A stretch of DNA of 64,000 nt from an uncultured Candidatus Rokubacteria bacterium. Lineage in GTDB: Bacteria > Methylomirabilota > Methylomirabilia > Rokubacteriales > DASRDR01. The stretch covers positions 224,001 to 288,000 of the forward strand of contig CAVPSB010000016.1 in NCBI GenBank assembly GCA_963708025.1, in the 5' to 3' direction. Under the pieces are notes generated by a model, which saw nothing but the letters and a program-made list of their open reading frames with translations, searched no databases and was not told the DNA's origin. The position numbers were made by a program, and so were the translations under genes. Shown here one piece after another: positions 9,432 through 19,554 of the stretch (position 1 is the stretch's first letter; the number at the start of each line of letters is the position of its first letter).

Positions 9432-10256
9432 TCAACCGGCCTTCCGGGCGAGGGCCTCGACGTGAATGAAGGCCCAGAAGGCGTCGGGATGGACAGCCCA
9501 GGCCCGGAACGCCGCGGCCATCGACTCGAGATCCGCACGGGACGCGTATCCGTACTCGACCGCGCGCTCGCCCATTGGGGAGGTCAGCAGGCGTTCAGCG
9601 TAGGATTCTCCCCACTCCACGGTCTCGCTGCGCGTGGCATAGCACCACACCGCTGCCGTGACCCGGACGTCCATCACACCGGCGGCGTTGAAGAGGGCGC
9701 GGAGCTGCCGGCCCATCCGGGGCTCGCCGCCGTTTCGATACCACGTTTTCAGGTGGACCTCGACGAAGCGGTCGATCCAGGGGTCAACTGGCCAGTACGA
9801 CGCGGTGCCCCAGTCAACGTCCCGAATGGCGATGAAACCACCGGGCCGCACGACACGAAGCATCTCGCGTAGCGCAGCCCCGGACTCGCGAAGATGTTGG
9901 AACACCTGATGGGCGTAGGCGACGTCAAACGAGGCATCCGGGAAGGGAAGTTCGTAGACGCTTCCCTCTTCGTACTGTAGGTTCGCGAGACCCCGCGCCG
10001 CCGCGTCTTGCCGGGCCGCGGCCAGCGTCTCCCGGGAGAGGTCAAGGCCGACCACTCTCCCGGGGGTGAGCCGTTCGGCCAGACCCCGAGTGATGCTCCC
10101 GGGCCCACAGCCAACGTCGAGAAGCCGCATCCCGGGCCGGAGCTCGGGCAGGAGGAACGCCGCGGCCTCCTCGGCCGTCCGCTGGGCGTGCTGGCGCACC
10201 GTCGCAGGGGCATGCCCGTGCGTGTATGTTTCGTGCGTCACCGGCTCGCTAGCCAT
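9432..10256 (-). CDS. Class I SAM-dependent methyltransferase (UbiE-like)
   Basis: YTHGH N-terminus, LLDVGCGPG, LPFPDASFDVAYAHQVFQH, MLRVVRPGG. Confidence 0.9.
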   Translation of the reverse strand: MASEPVTHETYTHGHAPATVRQHAQRTAEEAAAFLLPELRPGMRLLDVGCGPGSITRGLAERLTPGRVVGLDLSRETLAAARQDAAARGLANLQYEEGSVYELPFPDASFDVAYAHQVFQHLRESGAALREMLRVVRPGGFIAIRDVDWGTASYWPVDPWIDRFVEVHLKTWYRNGGEPRMGRQLRALFNAAGVMDVRVTAAVWCYATRSETVEWGESYAERLLTSPMGERAVEYGYASRADLESMAAAFRAWAVHPDAFWAFIHVEALARKAG

Positions 10257-10479
10257 GCTCTGATGAGTCCGCGGGCAGTCAACATCGTGCCCTGTTCTCG
10301 GCCGGCGTCCCGGGGAGCTGCCCGGGGGCCCGTCGTCCTGCCCGGGGGGCTGGCGGACGAAGTCCCTGCGGCCCGATGGTGCGTGGCCGGCAAGGGCTGT
10401 GTCAAGGGCACGACCCCGAGCGAGGTGGCACCTGTCGGTGCCCGGCACCCTCCCGACGCAGGCGCCGCCAAGCAAGCGG

Positions 10480-10596
10480 GGTCCCGGCCGAGGGGCTCGA
10501 AGCGCCGCAGCAGCTCGACGCCGAACACCTCCCGGTAGAAGCGCTGCATGCCGTCGACATCGCACCCGCGCAGGACCACGTCGCCGAGGCGTCCAT
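10480..10596 (-). pseudogene. VOC/glyoxalase family N-terminal remnant
   Basis: LGDVVLRGCDVDGMQRFYREVFGVELLRRFE followed by unrelated sequence. Confidence 0.5.
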
Positions 10597-10598
10597 GC

Positions 10599-11929
10599 CT
10601 ACTCCGCCCACAGCTCGATCGGCGTGTCGCGCCCGCGCAGCGCGTGGGGCCCGCGGCTCGCCAGCCCTTGCAGCAAGCCCAGCTCCGCCGCTTCGCGCTC
10701 GATCGCCGCCACCAGCGCGCCACTGGCCACGATGCGGGCGTCGAGGTCGCGGGTCAGCGCCTGCAGCCGGCTGGTGACGTTGGTGGTGTCGCCGACCGTG
10801 GCGTAGGCCATGCTGCGGCGGCTGCCGATGTCGCCGGCCACCACCGGGCCGTAGTGCAGGCCGAGCCCCATCCGCAGGGGGGCAGCCCGGCCGCGTCCCG
10901 CTCGCGGTTCCATCCCGCCAGCGCGGCCAGCATGCCGCGGGCGCAGGCCAGCGTGTCGGTGGCGTCGCGGCGGCCGGTGTCGGGGACGCCGAACGTCGCC
11001 AGCAGCGCGTCGCCGATGAACTTCTCCAGGCAGCCGCCGTGGCGGAACACGACCTCCTCCATCCGGCCGTGGAAGTCGCGCAGCAGGGCCATGACCTCCT
11101 CCGGCGTCATCTCCTCCGCCATCGTGGTGAAACCCACCAGGTCGGCGAAGAGCACGCCGACCGCCTGCCGGCGCACGCGGCCCAGCGGCTCGTCGCGCTC
11201 GGCCAGCGTGTCCACCACCTTGGGCGAGAAGTAGCGGGCGAGGTTGCCGCGGGCGCGCTCGGCCTCGACCCGCTCGGCCACCAGCGCGCGCGATCGCCGG
11301 ACGAGGAGCGCCAGGCCGGCGCTCACCAGCAGGAAGACGATGATCTCGTTCTGGTACTTGAGGACCGAGGCGTAGTTCGGATCGAAGTACGCGGCCAGCA
11401 TGGCCGCACGGCTGCCGCTGCCGGGCGGGTCGGTGAGGGTGCCGGGCCGGGTCACGATCCACAGAAAGCCGACCGTCCAGGCGCCGACGCCGCACAGCCC
11501 CGTCCACAGCAAGAGCCGCGGCCGGAACGAGAACGCCGCCTGCATGAGGAGGACGAAGAAGTACATGAAGCTGGCGTAGCGCAGCGGCATCGCCAGCGGC
11601 AGGTCCAGCGTGGCGAAGGGATTCGGGAGCAGGAGGACGGCCGCGAGCGCCAGCGAGTCCACGAGAGTGAACAGGTAGGCGGCGAGCAGCGGGGCCAGGC
11701 CGCGGAGGTAGAGCCAGAACTGGGCGAGCCCGGTGACGAGGAAGAAGGCGGCGGTGCCGAGCACCCACGCGAAGGCCAGGCCCCGCTCCGGGTTCGACAG
11801 CGCGAGCCACCCGACGATGATCGCCACCGCCGCCGAGCGCGCGCCGGCCGCCAGCATCAGGCCCCGCCGCTCCTCGCGCGCGAAGGCCGTCTCCAGGCGC
11901 GCCCGGGCTCCGAGGTCGCCGTCGCTCAC
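10599..11929 (-). CDS. Membrane-bound class III adenylate/guanylate cyclase (frameshift near 10880)
   Basis: Several TM helices, then LARYFSP, VLFADLVGFT, EKFIGDALLA; continues in another frame as RMGLGLHYGPVVAGDIG...GDTTNVTSRLQ. Confidence 0.88.
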
Positions 11930-13105
11930 CGCTTCTTCGGCGGGTGCGCGCGGACGGCGGCCTCGTTCGACGTCGGTTCCCCACCCCGGCCGCGTGGGAA
12001 GCACCAGGTGGCCGTCCTCGATGTCGGGCGGGTGGGTCACGAGGTCGTCGTACCAGGGCACGACGTCGGGGTCGATCTCCATGATCCGCAGATTCGGGAC
12101 CACGGCGCAGAAGTGCGCGTTCATGAGCGTGGCCAGGTGGCCGTAGAAGTTGTGCGGCGCCACGTTGACCTCGTAGGCGTCGGCCATGGCCGCGATCTTC
12201 GCCGACTCGGCCACGCCGTTCCAGGGCGTGTTGACGATCGCCACGTCCACCGACTGCTCCTCGAAGTAGGGCCGGTAGTCCCGGCGGCCGAACAGACACT
12301 CGCAGGAGGCGACCGGGATCGTCGTGCGCGAGCGGATGTAGTGCAGGGCCTTCGGGTCGCGCGTGTCGATCTCGATCCAGAAGATGTCGAAGGGCTCGAT
12401 GGCGCGCGCCACCTTGAGGAAGCCCTCGGTCTTGAAGTTGAAGTTGAGGTCCACCAGGATGTCCACGTCCGGCCCGGTGCCCTCCCGGAACGCGGCCAGC
12501 TGCTCGCGGATGGCCCTGAGCACGTGGCGCTCGGCGTTCAGCGCGGGGTAGCCGGGCCCCCGGCGCGCGAAGCCGGGCGAGTGGAGATACGGGTCGGCGC
12601 CCAGCACGAACACGTTGGTCTTGAGCGCCGAGTAGCCGCGACTCACGACCTCCTTGCCGGCGTTCACGCAGTCTTGCAGTGTCCGCAGGGGCGGGATCTG
12701 CATCTCATTCGACCACTGGAGGCGATACGTCCCGCAGTGCGACCAGTAGAGCCGGATGCGGTCGCGCACGGGCCCCCCCAGCAGCTCGTAGACCGGCACC
12801 CCCAGCGCCTTGGCCTTGAGGTCGAGGAGCGCGTTCTCGATGGCGCCGATCGCCTGCTGGATCACGCCGCCGGCGGCCTGGCGGCGCACCGCGTAGAGGT
12901 GAGTGACGATCGCCTCGTAGGCGCGCGGGTCCTTGCCCACCACGAACGGGGCGAGGCCATCGATCACCGCCGACACGCCGAGGCCGCCGAACGACTCGTT
13001 GTACTCGCTCCAGCCCACGAGGCCGTCGTCGCTGGTGAGCTTCAGGAAGTCGAAGTTGCGCTGGCCGGCGTCGGCGTGCAGGTGCTCCATGGTCGCGATC
13101 TTCAT
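11926..13105 (-). CDS. Mandelate racemase/muconate lactonizing enzyme family protein (extra base near 11968)
   Basis: GWSE, ALLDLKAKALGVPVYELLGG, APHNFYG, PGWGTDV; corrected end NEAAVRAHPPKKR* overlaps the cyclase GTG (GTGA). Confidence 0.9.
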
Positions 13106-13139
13106 GAGCGGGCCTCCCGGCCGGAGCGTGGGGCCTGGG

Positions 13140-13954
13140 GACCCTGCCGGCCCTGGCCGCGGCGCTGGCCCGCGGCGAGCTGTCCTACGCCAAGGTCCGC
13201 GCCCTGACCCGCGTCGCCACGCCGGAGACCGAGGCGCGGCTGCTCGCGGTGGGCCGGGCCGGCACGGCCGCCCACGTGGAGCGCATCGTGCGGGGCTGGC
13301 GGCGGGTGGACCGGCTGGCCGAGGCCCGGGAAACGGCCCGGCAGCACGTGAGCCGGTCGCTCCAGGTCTCCCCGGACGAGGACGGCATGGTGGTGATTCG
13401 CGGCCGGCTCGAGCCGGAGGCGGGCGCCCTGCTGATGCGGGCGCTGGCCGCGGCCCGCGACACGCTGTACCAGCAAGCCCGGGGCGCGGTCCCGGTCGCG
13501 ACCGACCCGCCCGTGGAGCCCCCGACGGCAGCGCAGCAGCAGGCCGACGCGCTGGCCCTGCTCGCGGAGAGCGCCCTCCACCACCGCCTCGATCCCGGGG
13601 CCCCCGGCGAGCGCTACCAGGTCGTGGTCCACGTGACGCCCCGTGCGCGGGGGTGGGTCTAGGGCGAGTAGGGTAACGGCCAACCGCCTCACAAGCCCTT
13701 TTCCGATGGGCCGGATGCTACGCCCGCCGCCCCGGGCGGTCAACGGCGAGAGTCAGATTCGACCCGAGCGGCGCCACTTTTCGCTTGACAGGTCCCGACG
13801 GGGCGACCGGCCGGGTCTCGAGGAGCTTCGCCTCGGCCCGTGGACGGCCTGCCCGGAGTGGCACGGGGAGCGCCTCGACCTCGGCTGGGCGCTCGACGTC
13901 TTGCATCCCCTGGCCAACCCGCTCACCCCGGCGAGCCACGGCGCGGCGCCCTGA
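13140..13954 (+). pseudogene. DUF222/HNH-endonuclease family remnant with central part missing
   Basis: LARGELSYAKVRALTRVATPETE...DGMVVIRGRL...QQQADAL...YQVVVHV and terminal WHGERLDLGWALDVL; no HNH motif left. Confidence 0.75.
13715..13743 (-). promoter_or_regulatory. Putative sigma70 promoter
   Basis: TTGACC-N17-TAGCAT on the minus strand, facing the racemase/cyclase genes. Confidence 0.5.
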
Positions 13955-14117
13955 CACAGGGCGGCCGCGGAGACCGCGTGGAGGTCGTCTCCGGGGCCCG
14001 CCCGCCGCCGAGGCCCTGGGCCCGAGCAGACCCAGCGGCGCCCGGTCGCCGCCGCCTCCCGGACCTCGCTCGCGACGTCGTCGAGCTCATGCGGTCTCAC
14101 GCTGGCCGTCACGTCCA

Positions 14118-15365
14118 TCATCGGCTGCTCTCCATGGCCTTCGCCACCGCCACCAGCACGGCGTCGCTGCCGGGCGGGCCGAGAATCGACAGCCCGACCG
14201 GCAGCCCGTTGACGTGCGCGCCTGGAAGACTCACTTGCGGCACACCCGTGAGACCACCGTGTGAAGTCAGGCAGCTGATCCGCGCGCGCAGCGGATCGAG
14301 CGTCCCGAGCGAAAGTCCCTTCCGGGGCGCGGGGAATGGCGTGGTGGGCAGACATAGGATGGTTCCGGGTGGAAGCAGCCAGGTGAGACGCGCTCGCGCC
14401 TCCGCGCGCATCAACGCCGCCCATTGGCGATCGCCTTCGGGAATCGTGCTGGCCAGGGCCAGGCCGCGGGCCACATTGAACTGCAAGCGCGGGTTGTCGC
14501 GATCGATCCACTCCTTGAACGTGAGCCAGGCCTCGTGCGCCTGCAGCGTGCGCTGCGCCCGCGACCACGTTGACAAGCCGGGCGGCGCCAGGAGATCTTC
14601 GCGAGCGTTCCGCACCAGCGCGGAGAGCCTGTGTACGACCGGCCGGAGGGCCGCGGCGGTCTCGGCATCCGCGAGGCCGAAGGCGTTGACCGCCACCACA
14701 AGCCTGCTCGGCAGGGTACCCGGGATGGCCTCGCCGAGCAGCACCTCCGAGACGCGCGCGAAGGAGTCGGCGTCGCGCGCGAACCATCCCGCCGTGTCGG
14801 AGCTCGGCGCCTGCGGCATCATGCCGCCGAGATCGAGCCGGCCGTGGGTGGGTCGGATGCCATAGAGTCCGCAGAAGCTTGCCGGGACGCGAACGGATCC
14901 GCCGCTGTCGGTGCCCAGCGCCGTATCGCACAGCGCCTGGGCCACAGCCGAGGCCGAGCCCGACGAGGATCCGCCGGGCACGCGCTCGGGCGCCCTGGGA
15001 TTGAGTGGCGTGCCGTCGAACGGGTTCTCGCCGAGGATGCCGAGCGACACCTCATCGGTGATGGTCTTGCCGATCAAGGTCGCACCGGTATCGAGCAAGC
15101 GCTGCACCACCCAGGCGTGGCGCGTCGGGACCGGATTCTGCCGCGCCCAGTCCGGATTGCCCCCGCCCGTCGGATGGCCGGCGACGTCGAAGAGATCCTT
15201 GGCGGCGAAGGTCAAGCCGGCCAGCCGACCACCTGGTGCACCGGCGATGCGTATCGGCGGGCCCGCGACGAAAGGGCTGCTCAATGGCTGAGCGCCTGCG
15301 CGTCTGACGCGATCTCGACCAGCTCCAGTGCTTCGCGGCTCGGCCTTTCGATCATGACCGCGCAT
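14118..15365 (-). CDS. Amidase signature family protein (true start probably near 15285)
   Basis: FAAKDLFDV, IGKT, PGGSSSGSA, LGTDSGGSVRVPASFCGLYGIRPT. Confidence 0.92.
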   Translation of the reverse strand: MRGHDRKAEPRSTGAGRDRVRRAGAQPLSSPFVAGPPIRIAGAPGGRLAGLTFAAKDLFDVAGHPTGGGNPDWARQNPVPTRHAWVVQRLLDTGATLIGKTITDEVSLGILGENPFDGTPLNPRAPERVPGGSSSGSASAVAQALCDTALGTDSGGSVRVPASFCGLYGIRPTHGRLDLGGMMPQAPSSDTAGWFARDADSFARVSEVLLGEAIPGTLPSRLVVAVNAFGLADAETAAALRPVVHRLSALVRNAREDLLAPPGLSTWSRAQRTLQAHEAWLTFKEWIDRDNPRLQFNVARGLALASTIPEGDRQWAALMRAEARARLTWLLPPGTILCLPTTPFPAPRKGLSLGTLDPLRARISCLTSHGGLTGVPQVSLPGAHVNGLPVGLSILGPPGSDAVLVAVAKAMESSR

Positions 15366-15487
15366 GGGTGGCGGCGATGAGGTCGGGGCCGGCGGCGTGC
15401 TTGTCGATGAAGCCGTGCGCGCCCGCGGCGAAGCGCCCCGGCGGCCCCGGCGTGGTCGTCAGCGAGCAGTACGGTCGCGCGGCGCAT
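15362..15487 (-). pseudogene. Internally deleted NarL-type receiver domain remnant
   Basis: TVLLADDH joined out of frame to AFAAGAHGFIDKHAAGPDLIAA. Confidence 0.5.
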
Positions 15488-15691
15488 CCAGAGCCTCGGA
15501 CAGCGGCACCACGATCTGGTTCTCGGTGACTCGCTGGCGTTCGGTGTCGATGGTCAGGCGTTCCCTCGCCAGGCGGAGTCGGTCCCCGTGAGTCACGCGC
15601 CTCCGCCGGCCGCCATTATAGGTTGACTCAGAGGCTGTGAACCAATACCGGCGGTCCAATTCCCTCCGGTTGACTTCGCTACAATCACCGG

Positions 15692-15864
15692 GTCGTCGTG
15701 TACCTGAACGGCGAGCGGGAGATCTCCCCCGCCACCCGCAGTCGCGGGGCCGGCGGGAAGGGCGGGGCGACGGCCTCGATTTCGCCGACGTGCGGGGCCA
15801 CGCGCACGCCAAGCGTGGCCTCGAGATCGTCGCCGCGGGCGCGCAGAATGTGCCGATGGTCGGG
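15692..15864 (+). pseudogene. comM: comM/yifB (Mg-chelatase-like ATPase) fragment
   Basis: YLNGEREI...LDFADVRGHAHAKRGLEIVAAGAQNVPMVG, ending just before the Walker A GPPG. Confidence 0.7.
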
Positions 15865-15997
15865 ACAGTACCGACCGAAGCGGGAAGCCGGTTCGTTCTG
15901 ACCGTGAATCCGGAGAGATAGGCAGGCAGGGCCGTGTTTTCTTCCGGTCCGGGCCCCCGGTGGAGTAGCGTGGAAGGCGCAGGGGGCGAACGAGGCG

Positions 15998-16210
15998 ATG
16001 AACGGTCGGGACGTCATCACCACGCTGGTCGGTCTCATGGTGGCCGGCGTGCTCGTCTGGTCGGTGACGGCGTGGGTTTACACGTCGGCGACGACGCGCG
16101 TCTCCGGCACCCTCATCGGCCTCATGATGGGCGGGTTCCTGCTCTGGGGGCTCGCGTGGCGGCTGGAGCCTCGCGTCACACCGCCCCACGGGAGGCCGAG
16201 GCTCCCGTGA
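15998..16210 (+). CDS. Small two-TM hypothetical protein
   Basis: GAGG RBS; two hydrophobic segments in 70 aa. Confidence 0.55.
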   Translation: MNGRDVITTLVGLMVAGVLVWSVTAWVYTSATTRVSGTLIGLMMGGFLLWGLAWRLEPRVTPPHGRPRLP

Positions 16211-16395
16211 TGCGCGGGCGCCGAAGTGGGGGATCTGAACTCCTCGGTCCGTGAAAGAGACGCAGTACGAGTTTTGCCTCTGGAAGTTCTTAGGGAAAAC
16301 CCCCGTCAGCCACGCCCGCCGCTCGGGCGTTACAATTCTGTTCATAGAGACCATGAAGCAGATTCTGGCCGGGTCCCGAGCCAGGGGAGGCAGAC

Positions 16396-17766
16396 ATGAG
16401 AGCCGAAAACCCGCCCGCCCGGATCGATGCATGGGCGAGACTCTTCTCAACCGGCGCGGATCCCGGACGGTTGTGGCTGGGCCCGTCACAGCGGGAGGCC
16501 CTGGCAGAGCTGAAGGCCGCGGTCCTCCGGAGAGAGCCGCTTCTCGTGCTGACCGGGGACGTGGGGACAGGAAAGACGATACTGGCCGCCGCGCTGCTGG
16601 GTGACCTCGGCGATGCGGCGGGCGCCACCGTCCGGCCCTACCCGGGGCTCAAGCCGGCCGACTTCCGTGCCATGATCGCGGAGGCGTGGGGGCTCGAGGC
16701 TGGAGATGGGAGGCGGCCGCCTTTCATCGTGCAGCTCACTCGATTCCTGAGCCAAGCGTCCGGATCCCGGGCGGCACTGATTGTCATTGACGAGGCTCAA
16801 AGCCTGACCGCCGACCTCCTGGCCGAGATCGAGGCTGTGCTCACAATCGGCCGAGGGGACGGGCACGATCGGGCCAGCCCGCTGAGCGTGCTGCTGGTGG
16901 GACAGGATGACCTCGGCCCGCGGCTGTCGGAGCTCCAGGGTGGCAGGCTGCTCCGGAGAGTCCGCGTGAGCTTGCGCCTGCGCCCGCTCAGCGAGGACGA
17001 AGTCGCCGAGTACGTCCGGCATCAATTGAAGGTGACTGGTGCCGAGCGGCCCGTGTTCACGGCGGACGCGATTCGCGAGATCGCCGCGGTCTCGCGCGGG
17101 ATTCCGCGCCTCATCAACACGCGGTGCAATCTCGCGCTGTGGCAAGGGGCCCGCCAGGGCGTCGACGTGATCGACGCGCCGCTCGTCAGGGCGTCCTCCG
17201 AGGAAAGGCCTGGGCCACCCTGCGGGGCCGCCCGGAACTCCGTCGTCCGGGCGTCGGCTCACTCAGAAACCAAGAGGCCGTGGTCGCTGCCGCTCGACGA
17301 TTCGACTCGGCGATGGGTCGCGCTAGTGGCGGTGCTCGCGCTGCTCCTATTCGCCACCGGCGGATACCTGTATTCCGGAACCCGCGCGGGGGCTCGGCGA
17401 TCCGAGACCCCGCCGTCACGGCAGTCGAGCCCGGCGGTATCCTCGCAGACGCCCGGGCTGTCGTCCGATCCGAGCCCGACGGCGATCGACTCGGGCGTCG
17501 GCACGATCCCGGTTCAGGAGCGCTCGGACACTCCGCTGCCGGCGCCCCCCGCGTCGCCCCCCCTGGCGGCGAGCCCTCAGGCGAAGCCCCCGAAACCAGC
17601 CGGGCTGGCCACAGTTGAGCGAGCGGCCAGCCGCGCGACCGAGGCTCCCGAGGAAGCCGGTCGGCGCACGCCCGGCACCGCAGCCGCGGACGCGGACGCG
17701 GAAGGCGGCGACGATCCCGGCGCCATCATCGACTGGCTCCTGAGGGAGTCCCCGGCGCGGCGATAG
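16396..17766 (+). CDS. ExeA/GspA-like AAA ATPase with TM helix and Pro/Ser-rich C-terminus
   Basis: LTGDVGTGKT, IVIDEAQSL, LLVGQ, SRGIPRLIN. Confidence 0.85.
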   Translation: MRAENPPARIDAWARLFSTGADPGRLWLGPSQREALAELKAAVLRREPLLVLTGDVGTGKTILAAALLGDLGDAAGATVRPYPGLKPADFRAMIAEAWGLEAGDGRRPPFIVQLTRFLSQASGSRAALIVIDEAQSLTADLLAEIEAVLTIGRGDGHDRASPLSVLLVGQDDLGPRLSELQGGRLLRRVRVSLRLRPLSEDEVAEYVRHQLKVTGAERPVFTADAIREIAAVSRGIPRLINTRCNLALWQGARQGVDVIDAPLVRASSEERPGPPCGAARNSVVRASAHSETKRPWSLPLDDSTRRWVALVAVLALLLFATGGYLYSGTRAGARRSETPPSRQSSPAVSSQTPGLSSDPSPTAIDSGVGTIPVQERSDTPLPAPPASPPLAASPQAKPPKPAGLATVERAASRATEAPEEAGRRTPGTAAADADAEGGDDPGAIIDWLLRESPARR

Positions 17767-18481
17767 GCGCGCGGCCGCCGCGCTCAGGGCGGGGTGCGGG
17801 CGCCGTCAGGCCGAGACCCGCGGTTCGGACGAGCGCCCCGCCGGTCCCGCGCGCCGGGCCGACCGGTGGGATCGCCGCGAGCTACGCGATCCAGACGGGC
17901 GTGGGTGCAGACTCTTTCATCTTGACGACGTGTCGGCAGACGCAAGCGACTGTTCGAACCTCGTAGAACCTGGAAGAAATTCACCGTCGCGCAGCGCGGC
18001 TCAGCCGGAGCGCGTCCCTCGACCCGATCGCCGTCCCGCTGAAGGGGTCGAGGACGCGCTGGGGCTCCGGGTCGGCCGGCAAGCGCAACTGACCGGCCCG
18101 TTGACGCCCGGTCGTCGCCCTGGATAGATTCCCGTTGACCACTCGAACTAGCCCAAGAGGCTAGACTGGCACGAACCAAGAGTTCACGCCCGAGCGGCGC
18201 CGGTTGGCGTACGACCAAGGTCCAATGACCCCGGCAAGAGGATCTCGCTATACTTGTACGTGGCCCCGACACTGGCGTCGCTGTCTCCTTGGTTTTCGGG
18301 CCATCAGATGGGTGCCGTGGGGTTCAAGTGCAACGAGGAGGACACCCCACCAATGAAGCGGGTGGAGCGGGAACGCGGCGTCTTGGTGCGGGACAATGGC
18401 ATACCATGTCAGAGTCGGCCGGATCCCCGGTCGAGCTCGAGGGAGCCGAGAGCGCGCCGGGCGCGCACACGAGGAAGGAAT

Positions 18482-19192
18482 ATGCGCACGCTACTGCGAC
18501 GCGGGACGAGGACCGTCATCACGACGTTGGCAATCGGGGTCCTGGCGGTGGGGCCGCCCCTCGCCTCGGCGGACGACGCTGCCGAGGCTCGGGAGCTCGT
18601 GGAGAAGGCGCGGCTGACCATCGAGAAGTTTACCACCGACCCCGCCATGAGCGGCTTCCGCGATGCGGTCAAGCGCGCGCGGGGCGTGTACGTGGCGCCG
18701 CAGGTCCTCCGGGGCGCGTTCATCTTCGGGGCGTCGGGAGGCAGCGGGGTCCTGGTCGCCCGGGACGAGTCCGGCCGGTGGTCCGGCCCGGCCTTCTACA
18801 CCATCGGGGAAGCCAGCTTCGGGCTTCAGGCCGGCGGCGACGCCTCCGAGATGGTGCTCCTTGCTCTGACCGAACGGGGAGTGACCAAGCTCCTGGCGCC
18901 CAGCGGCAAGCTCGGGGCCGACGCGAGCGTGGCGGCCGGCCCGGTGGGTGCCGGCGTGACCGCCGAGACGGCCGGGCTGAGCGCCGACATCGTCAGCTTC
19001 TCCCTGGCCAAGGGCCTCTACGGCGGCGTGTCGGTGGAGGGATCGGTGGTCGGCGTCCGCGAATCCCTGAACCAGGCCTTCTACGGCAAGCCGGTGTCGC
19101 CCACCGACATCCTGATCCGGCGGACGGTGCCGGCGCCCCCGGCGGCGGCCGGCCTGATCGAGGCCGTCGCCAAGGTCGCGGGCGGAAAGTAG
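18482..19192 (+). CDS. Secreted SYLF/Ysc84 lipid-binding domain protein
   Basis: Signal peptide; GAFIFGASGGSGVL, WSGPAFY, SFGLQAG, KGLYGGVSVEG, NQAFYG. Confidence 0.9.
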   Translation: MRTLLRRGTRTVITTLAIGVLAVGPPLASADDAAEARELVEKARLTIEKFTTDPAMSGFRDAVKRARGVYVAPQVLRGAFIFGASGGSGVLVARDESGRWSGPAFYTIGEASFGLQAGGDASEMVLLALTERGVTKLLAPSGKLGADASVAAGPVGAGVTAETAGLSADIVSFSLAKGLYGGVSVEGSVVGVRESLNQAFYGKPVSPTDILIRRTVPAPPAAAGLIEAVAKVAGGK

Positions 19193-19321
19193 AGCACTCC
19201 GGCGACTGAGAGTCAGCGGGACGAGCTAAGTCGGCTGGTCGCCCGCGTCTGCACAGTCCTGACGGGCGCCGAGTTCAGTGGCTCGCCGGAGATGATGGCG
19301 GTGCGCCCAAGGGGAGGTGTC

Positions 19322-19546
19322 TCAGCCGCGCTTGGTGATCCTCCCAACCACCTCTACGCGCACCGGAACGTCACCAATGCGCTCCGGCGCCGACACGCCC
19401 GCCGGCAGCGGTTCCCGCAGGTTCACCTTGAGTGCATAGTCCTCGCCCACCTTGGTGATCCCCACCCCCACCACGCCGGGCAGAGCGGCCAGCAGCGCCT
19501 TGGCGGAGTCCTTCGCGGCCCGTGCCTGTTCGAGGCTGATGGGCAT
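19322..19546 (-). CDS. 74-aa protein resembling the N-terminal prodomain of NAL1-like proteases
   Basis: MPISLEQARAAK...PGVVGVGITKVGEDYALKVNL...DVPVRVEVVGRITKRG; starts 9 bp after the protease stop. Confidence 0.7.
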   Translation of the reverse strand: MPISLEQARAAKDSAKALLAALPGVVGVGITKVGEDYALKVNLREPLPAGVSAPERIGDVPVRVEVVGRITKRG

Positions 19547-19554
19547 GCGCCGTC

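Noticed and set aside
10754-13105. 783-aa racemase-adenylate cyclase fusion ORF
   Set aside because: One extra base near 11968 creates it; removal restores a normal racemase end and a GTGA overlap, and the cyclase has its own separate frameshift
18147-18240. Repeated CCAAG motifs and TGGCACG upstream of the SYLF gene
   Set aside because: No GC at the -12 position and the repeats are too short and irregular to call
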